Shown in pieces: positions 8,152-17,841 of a stretch of 64,000 nucleotides of DNA. The stretch is taken from NCBI GenBank assembly GCA_963721805.1, contig CAVRJY010000001.1, positions 864,001 through 928,000 of the forward strand, in the 5' to 3' direction. The stretch is from Nitrospirota bacterium. GTDB taxonomy: Bacteria; Nitrospirota; Thermodesulfovibrionia; Thermodesulfovibrionales; JdFR-86. The notes beneath the pieces are model-generated. The model did no database searches and was not told the DNA's origin. It was given only the letters and a program-made list of their open reading frames with translations. Made by a program: the position numbers and the translations under genes. Position 1 is the first letter of the stretch, and each line of letters begins with the position of its first letter.

Positions 8152-10010
8152 CCGAGCGCGTTTAGGCGCGCCTCGTACTCCTCCGAGCGGGCCTCCTGCT
8201 CGGAGGTCGCGGCCTCGAGCTCGGCGAACTTCGTGTCGATCTTCACCCTGAGGTCGTGCAGCGCTATCGACGCCTTCTGGATCGAGCCCCCGTCGCCGCG
8301 CGAGGAGGCGTCCATCAGCACCCCGGTCTCCCGGTTCTCCCTCGTCTCTAAATCTATTATTTCGGCCTCGAGCCTCGCTATGCGTTCCTTCAGCGGAGTG
8401 AGGACCTTCGAGCGCTCGTTGATCAGCGATGCCCTGGCGCGCTTTATGTCCTTGGCCCTGTAGTTCTTGGCTACGGCGGCCCCGCCGGCGGAATCGAGGG
8501 TGGAGGGCCCCTCGCCCTCCTCGGACCACCCGACGCGGTCGAGGAAGTCGCGGTAGCCACCCTCGAACATCTTGATCTCTCCCTGGTCGAATACGATCAA
8601 ACGCTCGGCGATGGCATCGAGTATCAGCTCGCTGTGCGTAACAATCATCACCGCACCGTTGAATTCGTCTATCGCCTCCAGGAGCGAGTCGATGGAAGGC
8701 ATGTCGAGGTGGTGCGTGGGCTCGTCGAGCAGCAGCAGGTTTGCGGGGCTTACGAGCAGCTTTCCCAGCAGGACGCGGCTCCGCTCGCCGCCCGACAGCA
8801 CGCGGACCTTCTTTAGCGCGTCGTCGTTGCTGAACATCATCGCGCCGCATATCGCGCGCGCCTGCGCGATGCTCACGTCGTTGCGCGTGTCCATGATCTC
8901 CTCAAGCACGGTCTTTGCCGGGTTCAGGCGGTCGATGTTGGTCTGGCCGAAGTATGCTATCCGGGCGTTCGGGTGAGGGGTTATCACGCCATCGCCCGGG
9001 TGCAGCTCCCCGGCGAGCAGGCTTAAAAGCGTGGTCTTGCCCCGGCCGTTTTTCCCTATCACGCCGATGCGGTCTCCGGGGCGGACCTCGAAGTTCAGGC
9101 CGTCGAGTATAGGGCTTCCCGCGCCTTGGTACGAAAACCCGAGCCCGCTTATGTCCATCATCCGCTTGCCGCTGAACGGGGCCTCCGAGAAGCTGAAATC
9201 CAGCACTCTCTCGGTCGAGAGCTTTTCCCTCCGTCCCTGCCTCTCCAGCGCTTTGACGCGCGACTGCACCGCGCTGGCCTTCGTGGCCTGGGCCCTGAAT
9301 CTATTTATGAAACGCTCGACCTCGCGCCGTTTCTTGTCGTCATTGATGCGCGTGCGCTCGTAGTGATCCTCCTCTTCGAGGATGCGGGCGGTGTATTTCT
9401 CGGTGCCCCCGGCGAACTTGCGGAACTTCTGGCGGTGGATGCCGAGCGTGTGCGTCACGACGCTGTCCATGAACGAGCGGTCGTGGGTGATGAGCAGCAG
9501 CTCGCCGCGCCACTGCCTCAGAAACCGCGTCAGCCACCTGATAGAGACGATGTCGAGGTAGTTGGTCGGCTCGTCTAATAAGAGCAAATTCGGCGCGGCG
9601 GCGAGCGCTTTCGTGAGGTTCAGGCGCACCTGGAACCCTCCCGAGAGCTCGGCCGGATCGCGGTCCATCAGCTCCGCGCCCATCCCGAGCCCTTCAAGTA
9701 TCGCCTTGACGCGGTACGTCTCGTCGCGGCCGTCCTCCGTGTGGGGCAGGGCGAGCGAGGCCTCGCGCAACACGGTCGGCTCGCTGAAACGGATGTGCTG
9801 CGAGACGTGCCCTATGCGGTAGCCGTCCGGGATGTTTATCGAGCCCTCGTCCGGGTGCTCCTCGCCGAGTATCATCTTAAAGAGTGTTGTCTTGCCCGAG
9901 CCGTTTATGCCGAGCACGCCTATGCGCTCACCGGGGTTAACGAAGAATCCGGTTGCGTCGAACAGGACGCGCTGGCCGTAATGTTTCGTGATGTTGTTGA
10001 CCTGTATCAA
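8148..10010 (-). CDS. ABC-F family ATP-binding protein
   Basis: Two NBDs (GINGSGKTT/LSGG/LLLDEPTN; GKNGRGKTT/LSGGE/LLLDEPTHHLD), no TM segments, C-terminal coiled coil. Confidence 0.92.
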   Translation of the reverse strand: MIQVNNITKHYGQRVLFDATGFFVNPGERIGVLGINGSGKTTLFKMILGEEHPDEGSINIPDGYRIGHVSQHIRFSEPTVLREASLALPHTEDGRDETYRVKAILEGLGMGAELMDRDPAELSGGFQVRLNLTKALAAAPNLLLLDEPTNYLDIVSIRWLTRFLRQWRGELLLITHDRSFMDSVVTHTLGIHRQKFRKFAGGTEKYTARILEEEDHYERTRINDDKKRREVERFINRFRAQATKASAVQSRVKALERQGRREKLSTERVLDFSFSEAPFSGKRMMDISGLGFSYQGAGSPILDGLNFEVRPGDRIGVIGKNGRGKTTLLSLLAGELHPGDGVITPHPNARIAYFGQTNIDRLNPAKTVLEEIMDTRNDVSIAQARAICGAMMFSNDDALKKVRVLSGGERSRVLLGKLLVSPANLLLLDEPTHHLDMPSIDSLLEAIDEFNGAVMIVTHSELILDAIAERLIVFDQGEIKMFEGGYRDFLDRVGWSEEGEGPSTLDSAGGAAVAKNYRAKDIKRARASLINERSKVLTPLKERIARLEAEIIDLETRENRETGVLMDASSRGDGGSIQKASIALHDLRVKIDTKFAELEAATSEQEARSEEYEARLNALG

Positions 10011-10528
10011 AACTCTATCCCTCGTCTCGCTCCTATTTTATTTGCGTACGGGTGCTTCGACTCGCGCATCTCGGTCACGAGGTCGGCCGAAGCGATCAGC
10101 TCGTCCGGCGCGCCCCGGCCGGTAAGCACGAGTTCGGTATGTGGCCCCTTTTTGCTTATGAATTCCAGCGCCTGAGCGGTCGTGATTATCCCCCCCGAGA
10201 GCAGGCAGTTGAACTCGTCGAGCACCACCAGGTCATATCCCGCGGCGATGCGCGCCGCGAGCTCAACCAGAGCGCGGCCCGCGGCCTCGCGGATTTCTTC
10301 TAGCGGCACCTCGGGGTGAAACCTCGGGGAGAGCACGTCGTGAAACCTCATGACCTCGACGCCGAGCGCCGTGAGCAGCTCGGTCTCGCCACCCTCTCGC
10401 GACTTCATGAACTGCGCGTAGAGCACCCGCAGGCTGCGAGACCTCGCGCGCACCGCGAGCCCGACCGACGCGGTCGTCTTGCCCTTGCCCCCGCCGGTGT
10501 AAACGTGTATCAGGCCCTGCTCAAGCAT
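10007..10528 (-). CDS. cobO: Cob(I)yrinic acid a,c-diamide adenosyltransferase (CobO/BtuR)
   Basis: GLIHVYTGGGKGKTTAS, LVVLDE, ELVLTGR, ADLVTEM..KHPY, RGIEF; start set at ATG 10528. Confidence 0.93.
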   Translation of the reverse strand: MLEQGLIHVYTGGGKGKTTASVGLAVRARSRSLRVLYAQFMKSREGGETELLTALGVEVMRFHDVLSPRFHPEVPLEEIREAAGRALVELAARIAAGYDLVVLDEFNCLLSGGIITTAQALEFISKKGPHTELVLTGRGAPDELIASADLVTEMRESKHPYANKIGARRGIEF

Positions 10529-11678
10529 CGTTGCGAAACCCCTCAAGCACGCGTGCGTCTATCTTATCGAGGATGGATTTGAAGCGGCCGCCATAGCTCT
10601 TGCTCTCCGCAAAAAGCGACGAGCGCAGGGCCTTGAGTTGCGGGTCCGCTGTAGCGGCGAAGCTCAAGGGCTCTCCGCGCTGAAGCGCCATCCGCTCGTG
10701 CAGCAGCAGCCGCTTTGCGTCGGCTACGAAAGAGGCGACCTCGCCGGCAAGCCCGTCCGGCAGAGCGCCGTCCGGCAGCTCGCGTATCATCGCGTGGAGG
10801 GTGAAGTACTCTATCCCCCTGATGCCGCGCCGCCACTGGATCAGCGGCGGACGGTCGTACCACAGGAAGTTCCGCCGCCCGAAGCGCATCAGCCCCTCGG
10901 CAAGGTCTTGGAGCGGCCCGGACGCAGGGCGAGCGGTCTCGGGCCTGATCATGCAGTAGTCGAGCCCAAGGTGCTTCCATACGTTTTGGAGCATGTGCGT
11001 TCCGCTTTGGTCGTATGGGGTATCCGGGTGCACGAGCGATGCCACTACGCGGCCGTCGCCGTATGCGCCCTCGACGACCAGCGGGTCCCCCTTCATGCGC
11101 GAGGGGTCGAGGTTGATCCCGTACGCGCGTTCGACATCTGTCCAGCCCGTCTCTTGCATGTCCCCGGCGCAGAGGTCGGACGAGAAGGTCGCCTGCGTGT
11201 GCGACTCGAACACCCCGAGCACGCGTATCGAGTTGTCGGCCGGAACGAACTGCGACGGCCACCAGATATGAAACCTCGGCGAGTCGATCCCCTCCCATAT
11301 CGGGTGGGGCGTGAGGTTGAGCATAACAGGGCCGCTCAGGCTCGGGGTGCGTTCCCTTAGAGGGCGGCGGTTGATCTGAAGCAGGCCAAGGCCGTCCGTG
11401 GTCGCGAGCCCCGCGCCGCCGCATATGCCGAAATATGAACCGCCCGAGCCGATGAATTTTCTTATCGCTGTCGCGCCCTTATCTCCGAGGGCCTTCATCT
11501 TATTAGACGCCCAGCCGCCGGGCACTACGAGCGCGGCGTGGTCGCGAAGCGCCCCGGCGCGGATGTCCGAGGCGGTCACAATCTTGTATGCGAGTCCGTT
11601 GCGATTAAGCGCGCGGATGAGTATCAAGGCCCAGTAGAACGACTCGTCCCACAGCAGCGCCGCCTTAGGAGAGCTCAT
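10521..11678 (-). CDS. BPL_N-like / class I glutamine-amidotransferase-like protein of unknown function
   Basis: LVVPGGWAS, GGSYFGICGGAG (nucleophile-elbow Cys), GRVVASLVHPD; overlaps both neighbours in the cob operon. Confidence 0.7.
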   Translation of the reverse strand: MSSPKAALLWDESFYWALILIRALNRNGLAYKIVTASDIRAGALRDHAALVVPGGWASNKMKALGDKGATAIRKFIGSGGSYFGICGGAGLATTDGLGLLQINRRPLRERTPSLSGPVMLNLTPHPIWEGIDSPRFHIWWPSQFVPADNSIRVLGVFESHTQATFSSDLCAGDMQETGWTDVERAYGINLDPSRMKGDPLVVEGAYGDGRVVASLVHPDTPYDQSGTHMLQNVWKHLGLDYCMIRPETARPASGPLQDLAEGLMRFGRRNFLWYDRPPLIQWRRGIRGIEYFTLHAMIRELPDGALPDGLAGEVASFVADAKRLLLHERMALQRGEPLSFAATADPQLKALRSSLFAESKSYGGRFKSILDKIDARVLEGFRNDA

Positions 11679-13374
11679 ACTTCCTCCCGTACCCGCGCGG
11701 CGTGACCATGCGCCCTCCCGTGCGGAAGCTCATCGAGTTTCCGATGATCACGGTGCTGCGCATCCCGACCTCGAAGTCCATCATGCGCTCCAATGTCGTG
11801 ACGACAGCGCGCTCGTCGGGGCGCATCGCGGAATCCACGATCCCTACAGGGGTAGATTGGGCGCGGTGGCGCAGTATGATCTCACGCGCCCGGCCGAGCT
11901 GTGTGGCGCGACCCCGGCTTTTTGGGTTATACAGCGCGATCACGAAGTCCGCGCGGCCTGCCGCATCGAGCCGCTCTTCTATCTTCTCCCAAGGCGTCAG
12001 GCGGTCCGAGAGGCTTATGGCAGCGAAGTCGTGCATCAGCGGAGCTCCGAGCACCGAGGCGCATGCGTTGAGCGCCGAGATGCCGGGGATGACCACAACG
12101 TCGACCGCTGCTGCCATCGCGTCGATGACCTCGAAGATCAGTCCGGCCATGCCGTATACACCGGCGTCGCCGCCGCTTATCACGGCCACGCGCCTGCCCG
12201 AGGCCGCAAGCTCGACCGCGGCCTTCGCGCGCTTGACCTCCTCGGTCATCGATGTAGCGACGACCTCTTTTCCTGCGAGCAGAAGCTCGATCATAGTGAT
12301 GTATGCCTTGAACCCGACTATCACGTCCGAGCTGCGTATGGCGTCGAGCGCGGCGGGCGTGATGTGCGAAAGCCCGCCCGGTCCGGTGCCGACGATGTAT
12401 AGCGTGGCCGCGAGCGACTCCGCGACCGCTAGCGTGAGGTTGCCGGATTTCGTCTTATGTACTATCAGCCTGCCTTGGTGCGATGCGACTATCGCCGATG
12501 GCTCCGCGACCGCCTGCACGCCCAGTGCGCGTTGTGCGGCCTCGGACTTCACGATGCCCTGCACGGAGTTCAACTCCTCGGCCGTGATGCCTATGACCCT
12601 GAGCCCGCGCGACTTTGCGAACTCGATCAGGCCCGGCTCCGCGGCCTTCTTCTCGTGAGTGGCGATGCATTTTAATGACAGCGGCGAGAGGGAGTGTTTT
12701 ATCATGAGCGCATCCACCGCGCCGGAGATCTCACCAGAAGTCGTGCCGCTGTTGAGGCCGATGCCTATCACGAGCGAGCGAGGCCTGAGCATCAGCGCGT
12801 GGCTCTCCATCACGCGTGAAGAGATGATAACGTCGGCCTTGTCAGGCGATGTCACGGCCTCGTATCCATCTGGCAGGTTAAACGCTCGATCCGAATATAC
12901 GCTGAGCGTGCCGTGCTCGATATGCCGCTTCGATACCCTTGGCAGGGCATCGCGGTTTTCGATGACCAGGCCATTGTCCTTTGCAAATACGTCGATGGAT
13001 ACCAGATCGTTCGTGTCCGTGCCGGTCGTGATGACCGGGTTCGCGCCGATATGCTCAGCGATCCGGGCCGCGAGCTCGTTCGCCCCGGCCTCGTGGCCGC
13101 CAAGCAGGCTGATCACGTTATTACCGCGTTCGTCGGTCACGACTATAGCGGGATCGTGAGCCTTGTCTTTAATGAGCGGGGCTATCGAGCGTACCGCTAT
13201 CCCCGATGCCATGATGAAGACAATAGCGCGGCTGGTGGGCCATAAGTGTGCGACGACCTCGCGAGTATATTTGATCGCCTCTGCCTCTGGATAAAGCGTG
13301 GCTATCCGTTCCGCTAAAGCGCGGCCGCCGGAGGTGACATAAAATATGATTACCCTGCTATGGTCTGTATCCAT
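11665..13374 (-). CDS. cbiG-cbiH: Fused cobalt-precorrin-5A hydrolase CbiG / cobalt-precorrin-3B C17-methyltransferase CbiH
   Basis: N-half: MASGIAVR, DKAHDPAIVV, SLLGGHEAGAN, AVAEPSA (CbiG). C-half: VGTGPG, ISGGDAGVYGMA, HDFAAISLSD, LYNPKS, TPRGY (CbiH/CobJ). Confidence 0.92.
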   Translation of the reverse strand: MDTDHSRVIIFYVTSGGRALAERIATLYPEAEAIKYTREVVAHLWPTSRAIVFIMASGIAVRSIAPLIKDKAHDPAIVVTDERGNNVISLLGGHEAGANELAARIAEHIGANPVITTGTDTNDLVSIDVFAKDNGLVIENRDALPRVSKRHIEHGTLSVYSDRAFNLPDGYEAVTSPDKADVIISSRVMESHALMLRPRSLVIGIGLNSGTTSGEISGAVDALMIKHSLSPLSLKCIATHEKKAAEPGLIEFAKSRGLRVIGITAEELNSVQGIVKSEAAQRALGVQAVAEPSAIVASHQGRLIVHKTKSGNLTLAVAESLAATLYIVGTGPGGLSHITPAALDAIRSSDVIVGFKAYITMIELLLAGKEVVATSMTEEVKRAKAAVELAASGRRVAVISGGDAGVYGMAGLIFEVIDAMAAAVDVVVIPGISALNACASVLGAPLMHDFAAISLSDRLTPWEKIEERLDAAGRADFVIALYNPKSRGRATQLGRAREIILRHRAQSTPVGIVDSAMRPDERAVVTTLERMMDFEVGMRSTVIIGNSMSFRTGGRMVTPRGYGRKYELS

Positions 13375-14101
13375 GCTTGAATTTCCTGTCATATAATTTC
13401 GATTCAGCCGCATCGTCATGCGCGAGCGCCGCGCCCACGTATATCAATGCGGTGCGAGTGATTGCGGCCTCCTTGACCTTTGAAGCGATGTCCGAAAGCG
13501 TCCCCCGCACGATGCGCTCGGTGGGCCACGATGCGCGCTCGACGACCGCGACCGGCGTCTCCGGAGTATAGCCGCCCTTTATGAGTTCTTCGACCAGCGC
13601 CTCGATCATCCCGACGCTCAGGAAGACGACCATTGTAGCACGATGGGCAGCGAGCGAGGCGATGTTCTCCCGCTCAGGCACAGGGGTGCGGCCTGCCATG
13701 CGCGTGAGGATCACGGTCTGCGAGACCTCGGGTATCGTGAGCTCCTGACCGAGCGCCGCCGCCCCCGCACCGACAGAAGACACGCCCGGCACGAGCTTGC
13801 CGTGTATGCCGAACTCCGCGAGCCGCCGGATCTGTTCGGTCACCGCGCTGTAAAAAGATATGTCCCCTGTATGGAGGCGTACCACGCGCTTGCCTTGGCT
13901 GATCGAGCTGCGTATAAGCTCCACGATAGCGTCGAGGTCCATCCCGGCCGAGTCGTATACCTCGGCCCTGATGCCCTGTAGCAGCGCGGGGTTCACGAGG
14001 CTCCCGGCGTATATCACGACGTCCGCCTCATCGAGCAGCCTCCGGCCTTTTATCGTCAGCAGCTCTGGGTCTCCGGGGCCTGCGCCCACGAAGCTAAGCA
14101 T
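13358..14101 (-). CDS. cbiF: Cobalt-precorrin-4 C11-methyltransferase
   Basis: FVGAGPGDPELLT, IYAGSLV, RLHTGD, ELTIPEVSQTVILTR, RASWP. Confidence 0.93.
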   Translation of the reverse strand: MLSFVGAGPGDPELLTIKGRRLLDEADVVIYAGSLVNPALLQGIRAEVYDSAGMDLDAIVELIRSSISQGKRVVRLHTGDISFYSAVTEQIRRLAEFGIHGKLVPGVSSVGAGAAALGQELTIPEVSQTVILTRMAGRTPVPERENIASLAAHRATMVVFLSVGMIEALVEELIKGGYTPETPVAVVERASWPTERIVRGTLSDIASKVKEAAITRTALIYVGAALAHDDAAESKLYDRKFKHGYRP

Positions 14102-14798
14102 TTCTTGTCCTCACGATCACGGTAGAGAAATAATTGAGGTCGCCTTCGTTGACCTCCGATAGCGGCTTTATCACCTCGCCTTGGCGCCCTGCGCGCGAGA
14201 CGAATACCGCGCCTCCCAAAAGCCCGCGCCTCGCGAGCACGGCCTTGATCTCCTCGATCACGCTGTGGGCCTTCATCAGTATGACGGTCTGAAACCCGTC
14301 GAGCACCGAATCGAGGTCACCCACGTACGTCGCGGGTATGACCGCGACCCTGTCGCCCGAGAGCGCGAGGCTCATCGATGCGGCCGCGGCCGAGGCCGTG
14401 ATCGAGCTGACGCCGGGTATGATCTCTGCCTTGAGGCCGGGCTCGATCTGGTGGATCGCGTCTAACAGATGAAAGAATGTGCTGTAGAGCGTAGGGTCGC
14501 CAAGCGTGATGAACGCCACGTCACGGCCCTGATACAGCAGGCCGAGCACCTCCTTGGCGGCCTTCCCGAGCGCCTCGCGTTGCGGGCCCTTGCGCATCGG
14601 GAAGTGTATCTCGAGCAGGCGCTTGCCCTGCATGTCCACGATGCTCTCGACGATGCCTAGCGCGACGCTCTCGCCGTCTTCTTTGCCCTTGGGCACAGCG
14701 ATCACCTCGGCCTCGCGCAGTATGCGCACGGCCTTGAGCGTGATGAGCTCCGGGTCCCCGGGGCCGATGCCTACGGCGTATAGCCTGCCTCGCGTCAT
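14094..14798 (-). CDS. cbiL: Cobalt-precorrin-2 C20-methyltransferase
   Basis: YAVGIGPGDPELITLKA, FPM, FITLGDPTLYSTF, IPGVSS, ILMK, YFS. Confidence 0.92.
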   Translation of the reverse strand: MTRGRLYAVGIGPGDPELITLKAVRILREAEVIAVPKGKEDGESVALGIVESIVDMQGKRLLEIHFPMRKGPQREALGKAAKEVLGLLYQGRDVAFITLGDPTLYSTFFHLLDAIHQIEPGLKAEIIPGVSSITASAAAASMSLALSGDRVAVIPATYVGDLDSVLDGFQTVILMKAHSVIEEIKAVLARRGLLGGAVFVSRAGRQGEVIKPLSEVNEGDLNYFSTVIVRTRNA

Positions 14799-15997
14799 GC
14801 GCGCCCCCTTATGAGCGTTACGGTATTTAACGCCTTCATGTATGTCTTTCCGTCCACGGGCTCGGAGCGCGATACAGATACTGCGACGATGTCCACCCCG
14901 AAGCCGTGGGCCTTAAGCGAGCTTATGGCCTCGTCGATATTCTCCAGCGTTATGGCCGAGACGACCACTACACCCCCGGCAGCCATGCGCCCGGCTGCAT
15001 GGCCGATGATCTCGCTCAGGCGCCCGCCCGAGCCGCCGATAAATACGCGCTCGGGGGAGGGCAGGGCGGCAAGCGCATCGGGGGCGCTTCCCTCGACCAC
15101 ATTGATCGCTCCGGCGTCGAGGATTCGGCTGTTGTGGCGGATGTCGGCCGCGCGCGCCGGGTCTTTCTCTATCGCGTATACATCGAGGGCGGGGCAGATG
15201 CGCCTTGCCTCTATCGCGACCGAGCCGGAGCCCGAGCCGATGTCCCATAGCACCCCGCGGCGCGGGAGCATGAGCTTGTGTATGGCGACTGCGCGGACTT
15301 CGTCTTTCGTTATCAGGCCGCGCTGGTGGCGGAACTCACCCTCGGATAATCCGAAGACGGGGCCGCCGGTTGCCTTGGAGAGGACGACCATCAGGTTAGG
15401 GCTTCGGAATTCCCTAAGCGCGATATCCTCGGCTGTGCCTGTCGTTATCGACTCGTCCGGATATCCGAGCCTCTCTAGAACGTGCACGGTGCACTCTGGC
15501 GGGAGCGAGCGAGAGATAGCGGCCGGCGTGTTCTCGCCGCCCGTGAGTATGAAGAGCTTGCCGTGGACCCGAAGCAGCATCCGCAGGTCTTCGAGCTTCC
15601 AGTCGCGCGTAGCCGTGCCGTGCAGGCTCACGAGGAATGCATCATGCCACGGTATGCGGAGCCGTGCGGCCGCGAGCTGCACCGACGAGAGCGTCGGGAT
15701 GATCTCTACCGGCCCGAGCGCCTCAATCAGCTTGATGCCTATGCCGAAGAACAGAGGGTCCCCGCTTGCGAGCACGGTAATGGTGCTCGCGGTTTTGCGG
15801 ACTCGCTCTATGATTTCTGACACGTTCGATATATTGACGCACTTCCCTGCGTATGGCTTAAACTCCGGGTGCTGCCCCGCAAGCCCGAGCAGGCTCGGGG
15901 ACGCCAGTATCTCGGAGGACGCATCGAGCGCGGCGAGCGCGGACTTTCCGAGCGCGCCCACGCCGTCGATGCCGACCACGAATATCTTCTCAGGCAT
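14795..15997 (-). CDS. cbiET: Fused precorrin-6Y C5,15-methyltransferase CbiE/CbiT
   Basis: VLASGDPLFFGIG, VSLHG, ERLGYPDE, GLITKDEVR, LWDIGSGSGSVAIE, FIGGSGG. Confidence 0.92.
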   Translation of the reverse strand: MPEKIFVVGIDGVGALGKSALAALDASSEILASPSLLGLAGQHPEFKPYAGKCVNISNVSEIIERVRKTASTITVLASGDPLFFGIGIKLIEALGPVEIIPTLSSVQLAAARLRIPWHDAFLVSLHGTATRDWKLEDLRMLLRVHGKLFILTGGENTPAAISRSLPPECTVHVLERLGYPDESITTGTAEDIALREFRSPNLMVVLSKATGGPVFGLSEGEFRHQRGLITKDEVRAVAIHKLMLPRRGVLWDIGSGSGSVAIEARRICPALDVYAIEKDPARAADIRHNSRILDAGAINVVEGSAPDALAALPSPERVFIGGSGGRLSEIIGHAAGRMAAGGVVVVSAITLENIDEAISSLKAHGFGVDIVAVSVSRSEPVDGKTYMKALNTVTLIRGRA

Positions 15998-17006
15998 TGG
16001 TTATCCTCCCGTCGTACGAGACCAGGTGCGCGCGCGTCGGTATCCCGCTGACGCTGCTACAGTACCATTCGGCCATGCGGAGCACCGGGCCGGGGCCTTC
16101 GATCTCGTCGAGCATCTCGCGCGCGGTGTTGTAATCTTTCCCCGAGAGCCTGATGCCGAGCCTGTCGAGGAACCCTGCAGCTTGTTTCATGTCGATCACG
16201 CCAGCGCGGACATGAGTGTCCGGGGTCGCCATAGCTATCTTGAGCATCTTGGCCCACTGGGCCGCGAGGTGTATGATTTTAAATCCGTGTGAGGCCGCCT
16301 CCTTGAGGCTGAACTCCACGTAGTCGCCCATCATGACGTATGAGGGCTCGGGAAGATTATATGTCCTCATGTGCGCAAGCTCGGAGGTGCGCCCGGCGCT
16401 CAGCACTATCTCATCGAGCCCCGATGCGCGCGCCACGTCCATCGACGAGCGTATCGTCGCGGTCCATGCCTCGCTCGAGAGCGGCCTGACTATCCCGGTA
16501 GTGCCTAGTATCGAGATCCCGCCCACGATGCCGAGCCTCGAGTTAAGCGTCTTTAGGGCAAGCTCCTCGCCGCGCGGGACGCAGATCGTGATCTCCATGG
16601 ATGATGCGACCTCTGAGACCGCCTCGCGTATCATCGCCATCGGCACGGGATTGATGGCCGACTCTCCGATCTTCACCGGGAGTCCGGGCCGCGTGACCAC
16701 GCCTACTCCAACGCCGCCTTTTATAATAATGCCGTTGTTGCTATGGGCTGCCATTGCCTCGATCTCGGCCCCGTTCGTGACGTCAGGGTCGTCGCCTGCG
16801 TCCTTGATGACCGACGCGCGAGAGACCGCGTCTTCCATGCCCTGAGAGTGTATCTTAAACGTCGCACGCTCGCCCGAGGGCATCGGGATATCTACCGACT
16901 CGCCGAGCGGTATGCCGGTAAGCTGCATTGCCGCGGCCTTAGCGGCCGCCGCGGCGCATGCCCCGGTCGTATAGCCCGAGCGCAGCGGCCTATTCGGGCG
17001 CGCCAT
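15990..17006 (-). CDS. cbiD: Cobalt-precorrin-5B C1-methyltransferase
   Basis: LRSGYTTGACAAAAA, KDAGDDPDVTNG, AINPVP, RLGIVGGISILGTTGIV. Confidence 0.95.
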   Translation of the reverse strand: MARPNRPLRSGYTTGACAAAAAKAAAMQLTGIPLGESVDIPMPSGERATFKIHSQGMEDAVSRASVIKDAGDDPDVTNGAEIEAMAAHSNNGIIIKGGVGVGVVTRPGLPVKIGESAINPVPMAMIREAVSEVASSMEITICVPRGEELALKTLNSRLGIVGGISILGTTGIVRPLSSEAWTATIRSSMDVARASGLDEIVLSAGRTSELAHMRTYNLPEPSYVMMGDYVEFSLKEAASHGFKIIHLAAQWAKMLKIAMATPDTHVRAGVIDMKQAAGFLDRLGIRLSGKDYNTAREMLDEIEGPGPVLRMAEWYCSSVSGIPTRAHLVSYDGRITNA

Positions 17007-17841
17007 CGAGCCTCCTAAGCAGCATCCGCCTGGCCTCGCCGACCGTGAGCGGGAGTTTCTTGAATTTCACGCCGTCTTCCTCCCTGAGCCTCCATATGAG
17101 CTCGGCCACGTGCGGGAGGCGGAGCTTGACCTCGCGCATCTCCTCCGGGGCGTTGAAGACCTCCTCGGGCGTGCCGGAGCGCGTAAGCCTGCCCTTGCTC
17201 AATATATAAAGCCTGCTAAGAAACAACGGCACCAGGTCTACGCTGTGGCTCGCCATCACGACCGTAACGCCCTTGTCCTTATTGAGTCCCATAAGCAGAT
17301 CCATCATCCTGTACTCGCCCATCGGGTCGAGCCCGGCCGTGGGTTCGTCCAGCAGAAGTATCTCGTGGCCCATCGCCAGGAGCCCGGCGATGCAGATGCG
17401 CTTCTTCTGGCCGAAGCTCAGGTGGCTGATCCGGCTCTTGGCATGGCCGGACATGTCCGTGGCCTCAAGCGCATACCTGATGCGCTCTCGGATTTCGGGC
17501 TCGGGTATGCCCATGTTAAGCGGGCCGAAGGCCACGTCCTCCTCAACCGTGCCGCCGAAGAGCTGAGAGTCCGGGTTTTGGAACACGAGCCCCACGCGGC
17601 CGTATATCTCGCGCGGCGTAAGGCGGCTGATCTCCGCGCCGTCAAGCCGCACGCTGCCCTCGTAGCCCTTGAGCATCCCGTCCATGAGGTTTAGAAGCGT
17701 GGTCTTCCCCGAGCCGTTTGAGCCGAGGATGCCAGCGAACTCGCCGCGGCGCACAGCGAGGCTTATGCTCTGAAGGCTGAACGCGCCCTCGTGGTAGCGG
17801 TATCCGGCGTCTATGAGTTCTATCCTCGCAGGACTGTCCAT
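16990..17841 (-). CDS. cbiO: Cobalt ECF transporter ATPase
   Basis: GSNGSGKTT, VFQNPDSQLF, DVAFGPLN, LSFGQKKR, DEPTAGLDP. Confidence 0.92.
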   Translation of the reverse strand: MDSPARIELIDAGYRYHEGAFSLQSISLAVRRGEFAGILGSNGSGKTTLLNLMDGMLKGYEGSVRLDGAEISRLTPREIYGRVGLVFQNPDSQLFGGTVEEDVAFGPLNMGIPEPEIRERIRYALEATDMSGHAKSRISHLSFGQKKRICIAGLLAMGHEILLLDEPTAGLDPMGEYRMMDLLMGLNKDKGVTVVMASHSVDLVPLFLSRLYILSKGRLTRSGTPEEVFNAPEEMREVKLRLPHVAELIWRLREEDGVKFKKLPLTVGEARRMLLRRLDGAPE

